In this document: piece after piece, positions 54,392 through 63,081 of the stretch | How the letters are laid out: each line of letters starts with the position of its first letter | How positions within the stretch are numbered: position 1 is the stretch's first letter | DNA from: Spirochaetia bacterium | Lineage (GTDB): Bacteria; Spirochaetota; Spirochaetia; SZUA-6; Bin103 | Direction: 5' to 3' | DNA length: 64,000 bases | Assembly: GCA_965198005.1 (NCBI GenBank) | Contig: CBDAOI010000004.1 | Span: forward strand, 2,144,001-2,208,000 | Position numbers and translations under genes: made by a program | The notes under the pieces: model-generated | What the model saw: only the letters and a program-made list of their open reading frames with translations | Databases searched by the model: none | Told to the model about the DNA's origin: nothing

Positions 54392-54715
54392 ACTGAGGGC
54401 CGACGGGCCTTGACGGGCTTGGCGGCCCTCAGCATTTGCCGCTCCTGCCGCTCCAGAAGAGCTTGACAGATTCCGCTCACTCTTGGTACCGTGCTGATAG
54501 CAGTACGCGGCAGCAGGTCTATGGTTCAGCGGGTTCGGGTCCATCAGGACGGTAGGGACGGGATTCGGACCCGCGACCCCTGGGTATCGCCAGGAGCACC
54601 GGTGTCTGAGGCCGGCGCAATAAACCACTCTGCCACCCTACCCTGCGGCGACTGGGGGCCGGCCGGCCGTGATTGGCTGGCGGCCCTCAGCGTTTTCCGC
54701 TCCCGTAGCTTGACA
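54392..54715. repeat. Diverged ~65-75 bp direct repeats flanking the tRNA-like gene
   Basis: 54392-54468 and 54651-54715 share ACTG(A/G)GGGCCG...GGCGGCCCTCAGC.TTT.CCGCTCC...AGCTTGACA. Confidence 0.8.
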
Positions 54716-55683
54716 CAGGCGGCCAACGGGATGGATGCTGCGCGGCCATCCAGCGTGTTTGCCCGGATGCGTCGCTCGATCAGGTCGACGAACGTGGGGT
54801 TCAACTCTACTCCGACCCATCTTCTTCCCAGGTCCTGGGCGGCGAGCAGCGTCGTGCCGGAACCGGCATATGGGTCGAGTACCACGTCGTCCGGACGGCT
54901 GGTAATGGCTACGCATCTCCGCGCCAACCTCATCGGCATCATCGCGGGATGATCATCCATCGTACCGTTGCGCCGTTGGGGCTCCGTCGGGATCTCCCAC
55001 ATTGTCCGCAAGCGGCGCCCGTTCGGACCGCGGACGACGTCGACGTCATAGTAGTAGTCCTGACTCTTGGAAAGCAGAAAAACCGTCTCATGCGCCTTGG
55101 TGGGACGATCACGAACCGATTCCGGATGCGCGTTCGGTTTGTGCCAGATGACTTCCGACCTGAGCCACCAACCGGCATCCTGAAGCGCGAACGCGAGGCG
55201 CCAGGGAATGCCGATCAGATCCTTGGGCTTGAGTCCGTCCGGCGTCACTGGCCGAACCGACATCGCGCGTGCTCGGTTCTTTCGGTCCGGCGCGCGATAG
55301 CGACGGTTTCCCGAGGTATAGGCGTCTCCGACGTTGAGCCACACGGTGCCGTCGTCGGTGAGAACGCGCCGGATCTTTTCGAAAGTCTCCACGATGTTGT
55401 CGAGATAGTCGGTCAGTGGGTCATCGCGACCGATCTGCCGCTCGACTTCGTAGTCGCGCAGCGACCAGTACGGCGGCGAGGTCAACACCGTCCGGACACT
55501 CCCGGCGGGCAGGGCGTCCACGGCTTCACTCGCGCACCCGCACACGAGTACGGACCGATCCAACGCCACCGTGGAGGTCAGACCATGCGCGTCCAGCCGA
55601 ACGTAATGGTGGTGTCCAGGATGCCTGACGGTGCCCACCGCAGCTTGGCGCCGTGACGTTACCTTCATGGGGTCGCTCCCCAT
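54544..55683 (-). CDS. Orphan site-specific DNA methyltransferase (N4-C/N6-A, beta class)
   Basis: TSPPYW precedes VLDPYAGSGTT; GTVWLNVGD, KPKDLIGIPW, HPAMMP. Confidence 0.9.
   Translation of the reverse strand: MGSDPMKVTSRRQAAVGTVRHPGHHHYVRLDAHGLTSTVALDRSVLVCGCASEAVDALPAGSVRTVLTSPPYWSLRDYEVERQIGRDDPLTDYLDNIVETFEKIRRVLTDDGTVWLNVGDAYTSGNRRYRAPDRKNRARAMSVRPVTPDGLKPKDLIGIPWRLAFALQDAGWWLRSEVIWHKPNAHPESVRDRPTKAHETVFLLSKSQDYYYDVDVVRGPNGRRLRTMWEIPTEPQRRNGTMDDHPAMMPMRLARRCVAITSRPDDVVLDPYAGSGTTLLAAQDLGRRWVGVELNPTFVDLIERRIRANTLDGRAASIPLAACVKLRERKTLRAASQSRPAGPQSPQGRVAEWFIAPASDTGAPGDTQGSRVRIPSLPS
54550..54642 (-). tRNA. tRNA-like gene: Ser-type body, CAG anticodon, possibly a pseudogene
   Basis: Cloverleaf GGTAGGG/CCCTACC, G73, D arm GCAG-AGTGGTTTA-TTGC, anticodon loop CT-CAG-AC, long variable arm, T arm GCGGG-TCCGAAT-CCCGT; no encoded CCA. 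Confidence 0.8.
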
Positions 55684-55771
55684 CGTAAACGATCGACGGC
55701 CACTTGTCCGCGCCGCTTCGGGCGCCGCGCGCGTCGTCAAGGTGTACGTCCGAGGCCTCTGAAGCCGGCGG

Positions 55772-56887
55772 TCAGATGCGTCCGGTCCGGTGCAGCAGCT
55801 TCAGGTGGTTGCGCACGTTGTCGTGCTCGAAGTAGGCGTCCTGCAGGTGGCGGCGGCCGGTCGAGCGCAGCGCCTCACGCCCATGCAGCACGCGGTGCGC
55901 GGCGATCAGCAGAATCTGCCCGCCCTCCAGCCGCAAGCAAGCCTGGGCGCCGGAGGCGTTGACGCGGGTCGACAGCTCGTGGTAGGCGGCGTAGAAGTCG
56001 CCCAGCCGCGGCGCGGACAGCGGAACGGCCTGCATCTGTTGGGTGTTGAAGCGCAGCAGCCTGACGTTGCCTGCGCCGTCCAGCTCGACCATGGGATTGA
56101 CCGCGTAGCTCTCGTCCTGTTCACTGAACAGCCGAAACGGCACCGGTACCGCGCACAACGTGTGGAACTTGTCGGGAAGGTCGCTGCGCAACCCGTCGAG
56201 CACGCCGAAGCCGTCCACGATCGAGGACCCGCCGCCCTCGCACTCGTTGGCCAGCATGTGCAGCACCTGCACGCTCGGCGGCCAGTTGTAGCTGGTGAAG
56301 TCGTTGTGCGGGGCGATCGGCAGGTCGGTGTGCGCGATGCTGTATCCCCTGGGGTCGACCACCACGTTGTGGATACGGTCGAACACCACCTCGCGGATCG
56401 GACCCAGGCGCGACGCGAGCTGCTCCGACGAGTCCGGTTCGGTGGGAGCGTTGACCAGCACGCACGCGCCGGTCCGCAGGAACTCCTCGATCAGGTCAGC
56501 CCCGGTCCGGTCGTCGCGCAGAAACTCCTGGTAGTCGAACCGGCGCGGGCGGAACCGGCCGTCCCAATACGTCAGCTCGGAGCGCAACGGCACGCTCGGG
56601 ATGGCGAGCTCCCACGGGCGATAGCGGGTGCGGTGCCCGTCCGGCCAGACGATCGCCAGCGCCTCGTCTTCGCGGCCGGGATGTTCGATGGCGACCCGCA
56701 GCGGCCGGAGTTCCTTCGCCACGCGGAAGATGTGGAACCGCTTCTCCGTGGTCTGCAGCACGCGGCACTCGCCGCAACCGCAGTTGTCGCGCAGCCAGAG
56801 GCAGGGAAGAACGGTCTCCCCGCCACCATACCAGACCGCCGTCAGGGCATCGCCGTGCTCGACGACGCGGCTGATGGAGTGCTCCAT
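55772..56887 (-). CDS. Fe(II)/2-oxoglutarate dioxygenase, gamma-butyrobetaine hydroxylase-like (TauD family)
   Basis: WLRDNCGCGEC and WPDGH N-domain; HNDF, RVLHGR, RHLQDAY. Confidence 0.9.
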   Translation of the reverse strand: MEHSISRVVEHGDALTAVWYGGGETVLPCLWLRDNCGCGECRVLQTTEKRFHIFRVAKELRPLRVAIEHPGREDEALAIVWPDGHRTRYRPWELAIPSVPLRSELTYWDGRFRPRRFDYQEFLRDDRTGADLIEEFLRTGACVLVNAPTEPDSSEQLASRLGPIREVVFDRIHNVVVDPRGYSIAHTDLPIAPHNDFTSYNWPPSVQVLHMLANECEGGGSSIVDGFGVLDGLRSDLPDKFHTLCAVPVPFRLFSEQDESYAVNPMVELDGAGNVRLLRFNTQQMQAVPLSAPRLGDFYAAYHELSTRVNASGAQACLRLEGGQILLIAAHRVLHGREALRSTGRRHLQDAYFEHDNVRNHLKLLHRTGRI

Positions 56888-57204
56888 ATTCAACCACCTC
56901 GATCCGTCGTGACCGGTCTGCGGCGCGCGCACACCGGAAGCCAGGGCGAAGGCCTGCTCCGCCATCGACGTGAAGCATGCAAACTGTGCAACCGATTTAA
57001 TAGGCAGAACCTGAATTGTCAAATGTTTTTTTTCGCGCCTGTTTCAGGCGCTGGCGGTGCGCCGGAAAAGCGCCGCGGAGTCTGCCGGATGCGGGCCGGT
57101 AGAGCACCGGAGCGAGCGCAGCGCGGAGCGGCGCCGGTGGCCTTGTTTGCCTTGTTGACCAGCGCCGTGATCCCGCATAAACCATGCACCGGAGGGAGCG
57201 GCGG

Positions 57205-57801
57205 ATGCAGAATACCCGGATCCCGAGCACCCCGGTGGTGAGCTTCACCAGCATGGCGAAGGGTACGCGCGCGGACTACGAGCTGCTGGCCCGGTTGGAG
57301 GAGCAGTTCGCCGCGCACGCCGCCGACCGGGTGCTGGAGCAGCTCCGCGGGCTGGCCGGTTCGCTGGCCGGCTATCAGGTCGACCGGCTGGAACACTCGC
57401 TGCAGACCGCCACCCGCGCCTGGCGCGACGGCGCCGGCGAAGAGCTGGTGGTGGCGGCGCTGCTGCACGACCTCGGTGATCGGCTGGCCCCGCACAGTCA
57501 CAGCGAGCTGGCCGCCGCGGTGCTGCGTCCGTTCGTGTCGGAGCGGACGTACTGGATCGTGCGCCACCACGGCCTGTTTCAGCTCTACTACTACGCACAC
57601 CACCTGGGCGGTGACCGCAATGCGCGTGACCGCTACCGAGATCATCCCTGGTATCAGGACGCGGTGGACTTCTGCCATCGCTGGGACCAACCCTCGTTCG
57701 ACCCCGATTATCAGTCTCTGCCGCTGGAGTTCTTCGAACCGATGGTGCGCCGGGTGTTCGCCCGCGAGCCGTTCAGCCTGGCGGAGCAGGAGGAGCCATG
57801 A
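57205..57801 (+). CDS. HD-domain protein, PhnZ/MIOX-like putative diiron oxygenase
   Basis: EHSLQTA, ALLHDLGD, HSELAA, WIVRHHG, WDQPSFDP. Confidence 0.82.
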   Translation: MQNTRIPSTPVVSFTSMAKGTRADYELLARLEEQFAAHAADRVLEQLRGLAGSLAGYQVDRLEHSLQTATRAWRDGAGEELVVAALLHDLGDRLAPHSHSELAAAVLRPFVSERTYWIVRHHGLFQLYYYAHHLGGDRNARDRYRDHPWYQDAVDFCHRWDQPSFDPDYQSLPLEFFEPMVRRVFAREPFSLAEQEEP

Positions 57802-59101
57802 TTCATCAGCCGCAAAGCGTCGACCAGTCCGACCGCATCGTGCCGATCAACCTGCGCCAGAGCGGCCGCACGCCCACCGAGCTGCTCATTTCCACCCGCG
57901 TGCGCAAGTCGCCCTACTGGCACCTGTCGCACGCGGCGGGCTGCTGGCGCGCCACCGTGTACAACCGGGTCTACCACCCGCGCGGCTACGTCCGTCCCGA
58001 GGAGGGCGGCGCCGCCGCCGAGCACGAGACGCTGACCCGTCACGTCACGCTGTGGAACGTCGCGGTCGAACGCCAGATCCGGGTCATGGGACCGGACGCC
58101 GAGCGGTTCGTGGACTACGTCATTACCCGCGACGCGACCCGGATCGAGCCGCTGCACGCCAAGTACGTCATCCTCTGCAACGAACGCGGCGGCATCCTCA
58201 ACGACCCGGTGCTGTTGCGGCTGTCCACGGACGAATTCTGGTTCTCGCTCGCGGACTCCGACATTCTGTTCTGGCTCCAGGGCGTCAACGTCGGGCTGCG
58301 CATGGACGTCCGGATCGACGAGATCGACGTCTGCCCGGTCCAGATCCAGGGGCCCAAGTCACTGGCGCTGATGACGGACCTGGTGGGCGACCAAGTCCGG
58401 GGCATCCCCTACTACGGTCTGTTGGAAGCGGAGATCGCGGGCTGCTCGGTAGTCGTGTCGCAATCCGGCTTCTCCGGCGAGAAGGGCTACGAGATCTACC
58501 TGCGCGACGCCACCCCGCACGCCGAGAAGCTGTGGCACGCGGTGCTGGAGGCGGGCAAGGCGCACCAGCTCGCGGTGATCGCCCCCGGACATCAGCGCCG
58601 CATCCAGGCCGGCATCCTGTCCTGGGGCCAGGACCTGGACCAGGAAACCGTGCCGTTCCAGTGCAACCTGGGGTACCAGGTTCCGCGCAGGAAGCAGGGC
58701 GACTACATCGGCAAGGCAGCGCTCGAGCGCATGCGGGCCGAGATCGCCGCCGGGCGGCCGCCGTTCTCGATGGTGCTGGTGGGGATGACTCTGGGCGGCA
58801 AGCCGATCGACGATTACGCGCCCGACTTCTGGCTGGTATCGGACGCGGCGGGGGTGACCCGCTCGGTTATTTGACGTCGCCGTGGCACGCCCCCGAGCTG
58901 GGCTGCAACATCGCCCTCGGTTACGTGCCGGTGCGGCTGTCCGCCATCGGCACCGAGCTTACGGTGTGGCTGCCCGACGAGTACGCCGGCACGCCGGGGC
59001 AGCCGGACCGGGCGCGGGTGTGCGAAGTGCCGTTTCGGCCGTCGGTCAATCCCAGCGCGCGCGAGCTGGCCCATGCGCGCGGCGACGACGCGACGCTGTA
59101 G
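57798..59101 (+). CDS. GcvT/DmdA-like THF-dependent aminomethyltransferase, frameshift in G-run at ~58850
   Basis: GGILNDPVLLRL, QIQGPKS, SGFSGEKGYEIY; C-terminus GYLTSPWHAPELGCNIALGYV is in another frame. Confidence 0.87.
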
Positions 59102-59193
59102 CGCCCCCGTGACAGTGTTTGCCAGACCGGTCCGTAACGCAAACGCACGGCAGGCCTTCAGGAGAAGTCGACCAGCTTCCGCCGAGGCTACCG

Positions 59194-59772
59194 CTACGCC
59201 GAGCGCGCCGGCTTGTGGGCCACCGTCAGGTAGATCTCGTCAGTCAGATGGCGCGGGTCTTCGGGAGCCAGACCGGCACTGCGCACGACCGAGGCCAGGT
59301 TCGCGTAGGTGATGCCGGTGGCGCCGTGCTTGGGCTGCCACTGAATGATCAGCGCCCTGCCGCCCGGCTTGAGCAGCCGGTGGACGTCGCGCGCCACCGC
59401 CACCCGGCCGGCCCGGGTCTCGGCGTAGTGCATGATCTGAACGCACAGCACCACGTCGGCCGCGCCGTCCGCCACCGGGGCGCGGCTGCCGTCGCTGAGG
59501 ACCGCCTCGCAGTTGCCGAAGCCGGCGGCGGCGGAGCGCCGGCGCACCAGGTCCACCATGCGCGGCTCCAGGTCCACGGCGTACACCTTCCCGGCGGCGC
59601 CGACCAGTTCCGCCGCGATCAGCGTGAAGTAGCCGGGGCCGCAGCCGTAGTCGACCACCCGGCTGCCCGCGGCCACCCCTGCCCCGGTCAGCATCGCCCG
59701 CACGTCGGCCCCGCCGAACCGGCTCGCTCCGTCCAGCAGGTTGTCGATCCACTGTTGCGCATACCGCTCCAT
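59194..59772 (-). CDS. Class I SAM-dependent methyltransferase
   Basis: VVDYGCGPG, VYAVDLE, LLKPGG. Confidence 0.88.
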   Translation of the reverse strand: MERYAQQWIDNLLDGASRFGGADVRAMLTGAGVAAGSRVVDYGCGPGYFTLIAAELVGAAGKVYAVDLEPRMVDLVRRRSAAAGFGNCEAVLSDGSRAPVADGAADVVLCVQIMHYAETRAGRVAVARDVHRLLKPGGRALIIQWQPKHGATGITYANLASVVRSAGLAPEDPRHLTDEIYLTVAHKPARSA

Positions 59773-59864
59773 CGTCTGCTCCTTTCAGGCCTGCGTCCCT
59801 TGCCCGGCGTGCACGGCATGCTGTCTGCCCGGCCTGCCGCCTGCGCCCGGTCCGTGGCTCCCGT

Positions 59865-60596
59865 TCAGCTTCCCAGCCGGGCAGCGAGGTCGACGAAATC
59901 CGCCGCCTCCAGGTCCCAGGCACCCTCGGGCGGTGGTGGTGCGCCGGTGCCGCCATGCTCCGCCGGCCGCGGGATGAACGCCGTGCGCAGGCCCACCGCG
60001 GCCGCGGCCCGCAGGTCGTCCGGGTGGGCGGCCACCATCAGCGCCTGTCCGGGTTCGAGACCGAGCAACTCGACCGCGGTGAGGTAACACTCCGGGTCGG
60101 GCTTGTAGTGGCGGGCCAGCTCCGCGCCCAGGATGCAATCCCACGGCAGCCCCGCGTGCTTGGCCAGGTCGGTGATCAGCGCCACGTTGCCGTTCGACAG
60201 CGCCGCGACGATGAACCTGCTCTTGAGTCGATACAGCCCCGGCACGGCGTCGGGCCACGGCGGCAGGAAGTGCCAAAACCGGGTCACTTGGGCTTTCTCG
60301 GCTTCGCTCAGGTCACTGATCCGGAACTCCGCGAGCACCTCCTCCAGCGACTGCCGGTGCAGCCCGTCGAGGTTGGTCCACGGCAGCTTGCCGCTGCGTA
60401 CCTGGTCCATGAACGGCCAGTACCTGCCGCGCCAGGCGTCGGTGAACGCAGCCCAGTCAGCGTCCAGCCCCTTCGCCCGCGCGAACCGTTCGCATTGCGC
60501 GACAATGCCGGAACGCCAATCCACCACCGTGCCGAACACGTCGCACAGGCACGCCTTCAATTCCCCGCGCAGTCCGCTCGGTGCCGCCGTCTTCAT
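59865..60596 (-). CDS. Haloacid dehalogenase type II
   Basis: DVFGTVVDW, PWPD, LSNGN, YKPDPECY, MVAAHPDDL. Confidence 0.92.
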   Translation of the reverse strand: MKTAAPSGLRGELKACLCDVFGTVVDWRSGIVAQCERFARAKGLDADWAAFTDAWRGRYWPFMDQVRSGKLPWTNLDGLHRQSLEEVLAEFRISDLSEAEKAQVTRFWHFLPPWPDAVPGLYRLKSRFIVAALSNGNVALITDLAKHAGLPWDCILGAELARHYKPDPECYLTAVELLGLEPGQALMVAAHPDDLRAAAAVGLRTAFIPRPAEHGGTGAPPPPEGAWDLEAADFVDLAARLGS

Positions 60597-60722
60597 CCTC
60601 CCACTATACTCGACGCACGGGCGATACGCGCCTACACGGCACGAGTCGCTGGAGGCCCAACGTCTTAGACGATCTGGTAGGCCGGGGTAGTCGCGTAGGT
60701 CGGGGTAGGTCGGGCGGTCCGA

Positions 60723-60752
60723 TTGACAGTCACATTGGTGTGAACCTATACT
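60723..60752 (+). promoter_or_regulatory. Strong sigma70 promoter, probably leaderless (duplicated near 62232)
   Basis: TTGACA, 18 nt spacer, TATACT, 7 nt, ATG; spacer contains TCACA-N4-TGTGA. Confidence 0.75.
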
Positions 60753-60759
60753 GAAGTGC

Positions 60760-61050
60760 ATGGAGTGGCTGGCGAGCACAGCGGACGTGGCTCTGATTCT
60801 CGGGGGATTGGTCGGGGCAGGCACGTTCCTATGGACAAGGAAGCGTGCGGGCCGCGGCGACTTGGTGACCGCGGTCAACGACCTCAGGACCGATATGAAC
60901 GGCCGGATGGACAGGCTGGACGGCCGGATGGACAAGCTGGACGGCCGGATGGACAGGCTGGACGGCGATCTCCAGGGTCTGGGCCAGCGGGTGGCGCGCA
61001 TCGAAGGGATGCTGTCCGGCAAGCCAGACGTACAGGTGCCAACCAGCTAA
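60760..61050 (+). CDS. Small TM-anchored coiled-coil protein with GRMD(R/K)LD heptad repeats
   Basis: One TM, three 21-bp repeats (60901-60963), ERVARIEG-like C-terminus. Confidence 0.8.
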   Translation: MEWLASTADVALILGGLVGAGTFLWTRKRAGRGDLVTAVNDLRTDMNGRMDRLDGRMDKLDGRMDRLDGDLQGLGQRVARIEGMLSGKPDVQVPTS

Positions 61051-61112
61051 CCAGTTAATAGTGGGATCATGCGACGGAGGGTTGACGTAAATGAAGAGAG
61101 CACCGCCATCCG

Positions 61113-61535
61113 ATGGGGGAACATAACGACAGGGAACCGCTATGGAGCGTCTCGGCCAAGCGACTGCCATATTACTTCCTCGTCTGCGCTCCACTGGTCT
61201 TAATAGCGAGTATCGACGCAGCGTTAACGGCATCGGGTAAGTTTTGGACTGCCGTTTTTACCGTATCCGAACGAATAGCCGTGCTTTGTGCGGCGGCTCT
61301 TGGTTTGGTGGTAATGATAGAGGGTCTGGTAATGGGAACGACCAAAATCATCTTTGAACGTGCTATTGCACGCGCTACTGAACGCGCAAGCAAACAAGCG
61401 AAAGCAGAAGGCATCCAGCAGGGGATTCAGCAGGGGATTCAGCAAGAGCGGGAAAGGCTGCAGCAAGCAGGTGTGCCAATTCCCCCGGACAATTCGTCAC
61501 CTGAACAGCGCGACAAACCGGGCGCCCCTGGGTAA
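61113..61535 (+). CDS. Small 2-TM protein with (GIQQ)3 Rpn-like tail
   Basis: Low GC; two hydrophobic segments; KAEGIQQGIQQGIQQERERL. Confidence 0.75.
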   Translation: MGEHNDREPLWSVSAKRLPYYFLVCAPLVLIASIDAALTASGKFWTAVFTVSERIAVLCAAALGLVVMIEGLVMGTTKIIFERAIARATERASKQAKAEGIQQGIQQGIQQERERLQQAGVPIPPDNSSPEQRDKPGAPG

Positions 61536-61583
61536 GACGGTATGTAATTCCCAAGAGTTTGACCGGTTAAGCCCGCGCGACGC

Positions 61584-61711
61584 ATGAAGTCGACCACGCG
61601 GCTGCCGGCGGCCACGCCCACTTCGGCCGGCATCTCGCTCACGTCGGCCGCGCCGAACCGGTTCGCGCCGTCCAGCAGGTTGTCGATCCATTGTTGCTCG
61701 TAGCGCACCAT
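61584..61711 (-). pseudogene. 5' fragment of the SAM methyltransferase
   Basis: MVRYEQQWIDNLLDGANRFG...GSRVVDF matches the N-terminus of 59194..59772. Confidence 0.8.
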
Positions 61712-61794
61712 CGTCCTCGCCTGTCCTTTCTGCTTGATCTGCCCTTGTCTGCCCTACCTGCCTCCGCCGCCCCGACGCACGCCCCCTCCCCCGG

Positions 61795-62195
61795 TCAGGT
61801 TCCCAGTTGCGCGGCGAGATCGACGAAATCGGCCGCCGCCAAGTCCCAGGAACCCGCGGCGGCCGGCGGATCGCGGGCGCCGCCATGCTCCGCCGGCCGC
61901 GGCATGTACGCCGTCCGCAGGCCCACCCCGGCCCGCGGCCCGCAGGTCGTCCGGGTGGGCGGCCACCGTCAGCGCTTGTCCGCGGTGAGGTAACACTCCG
62001 GGTCGGGCTTGTAGTGACGCGCCAGCTCCGCGCCCAGAATGCAGTCCCACGGCAGCCCCGCGTGCCTGGCCACGTCGGTCATCAGCGCGACGTTGCCGTT
62101 CGACAGCGCCGCCACGACGAAGCTGCTCTTGAGTCGATACAGCCCCGGTACGGCGTCGGGCCACGGCGGCAGGAAATGCCAGAAACGGGGCACCT
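61795..62195 (-). pseudogene. Degenerate 3' half of the haloacid dehalogenase
   Basis: FWHFLPPWPDAVPGLYRLKS...YKPDPECYLTA with internal deletions. Confidence 0.85.
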
Positions 62196-62268
62196 CGGCT
62201 GCGCTAAGGCCGCTGAGGTCGGGCGGTCCGATTGACAGTCACTTTGGTGTGAACCTATACTGAAGCGC

Positions 62269-62536
62269 ATGGAGTGGCTGGCGGGCACGGCGGACGCAGC
62301 TCTGATTCTCGGGATTGGTCGGGGCAGGCACGTTCCTATGGACAAGGAAGCGTGCGGGCCGCGGCGACTTGGTGACCGCGGTCAACGACCTCAGGACCGA
62401 TATGGACGGCCGGATGGACAAGCTGGACGGCCGGATGGACAGGCTGGACGGCGATCTCCAGGGTCTGGGCCAGCGGGTGGCGCGCATCGAAGGGATGCTG
62501 TCCGGCAAGCCAGACGTACAGGTGCCAACCAGCTAA
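62269..62536 (+). pseudogene. Second copy of the TM coiled-coil gene, frameshifted (2 G missing ~62310), two heptad repeats
   Basis: CTCGGGATTGG versus CTCGGGGGATTGG in copy 1. Confidence 0.75.
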
Positions 62537-62598
62537 CCAGTTAATAGTGGGATCATGCGACGGAGGGTTGACGTAAATGAAGAGAGCACCGCCATCCG

Positions 62599-63033
62599 AT
62601 GGGGGAACATAACGACAGGGAACCGCTATGGAGCGTCTCGGCCAAGCGACTGCCATATTACTTCCTCGTCTGCGCTCCACTGGTCTTAATAGCGAGTATC
62701 GACGCAGCGTTAACGGCATCGGGTAAGTTTTGGACTGCCGTTTTTACCGTATCCGAACGAATAGCCGTGCTTTGTGCGGCGGCTCTTGGTTTGGTGGTAA
62801 TGATAGAGGGTCTGGTAATGGGAACGACCAAAATCATCTTTGAACGTGCTATTGCACGCGCTACTGAACGCGCAAGCAAACAAGCGAAAGCAGAAGGCAT
62901 CCAGCAGGGGATTCAGCAGGGCATCCAGCAGGGCATCCAGCAAGAGCGGGAAAGGCTGCAGCAAGCAGGTGTGCCAATTCCCCCGGACAATTCGTCACCT
63001 GAACAGCGCGACAAACCGGGCGCCCCTGGGTAA
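62599..63033 (+). CDS. Second copy of the 2-TM protein, with (GIQQ)4
   Basis: Same protein as 61113..61535 plus one 12-bp unit. Confidence 0.78.
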   Translation: MGEHNDREPLWSVSAKRLPYYFLVCAPLVLIASIDAALTASGKFWTAVFTVSERIAVLCAAALGLVVMIEGLVMGTTKIIFERAIARATERASKQAKAEGIQQGIQQGIQQGIQQERERLQQAGVPIPPDNSSPEQRDKPGAPG

Positions 63034-63081
63034 GACGGTATGTAATTCCCAAGAGTTTGACCGGTTAAGCCCGCGCGGCGC

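Noticed and set aside
54550-54642. tRNA-Sec (TCA appears in the anticodon loop)
   Set aside because: TCA is off-centre; the 7-bp acceptor stem and 4-bp D stem do not fit bacterial tRNA-Sec
52090-58860. Programmed ribosomal frameshifting in the two GcvT-like genes
   Set aside because: No canonical slippery heptamer or evident stimulatory structure; assembly indels are the simpler explanation
60676-60716. GTAG-family REP elements
   Set aside because: GTAGGTCGGG-like short repeats lack the palindrome expected after GTAG
61044-61575. Integron attC sites (GCTAAC-CA-GTTAAT; GTTTGAC-CG-GTTAAGC)
   Set aside because: Core-like boxes are only 2 nt apart, with no L boxes and no integrase in the window
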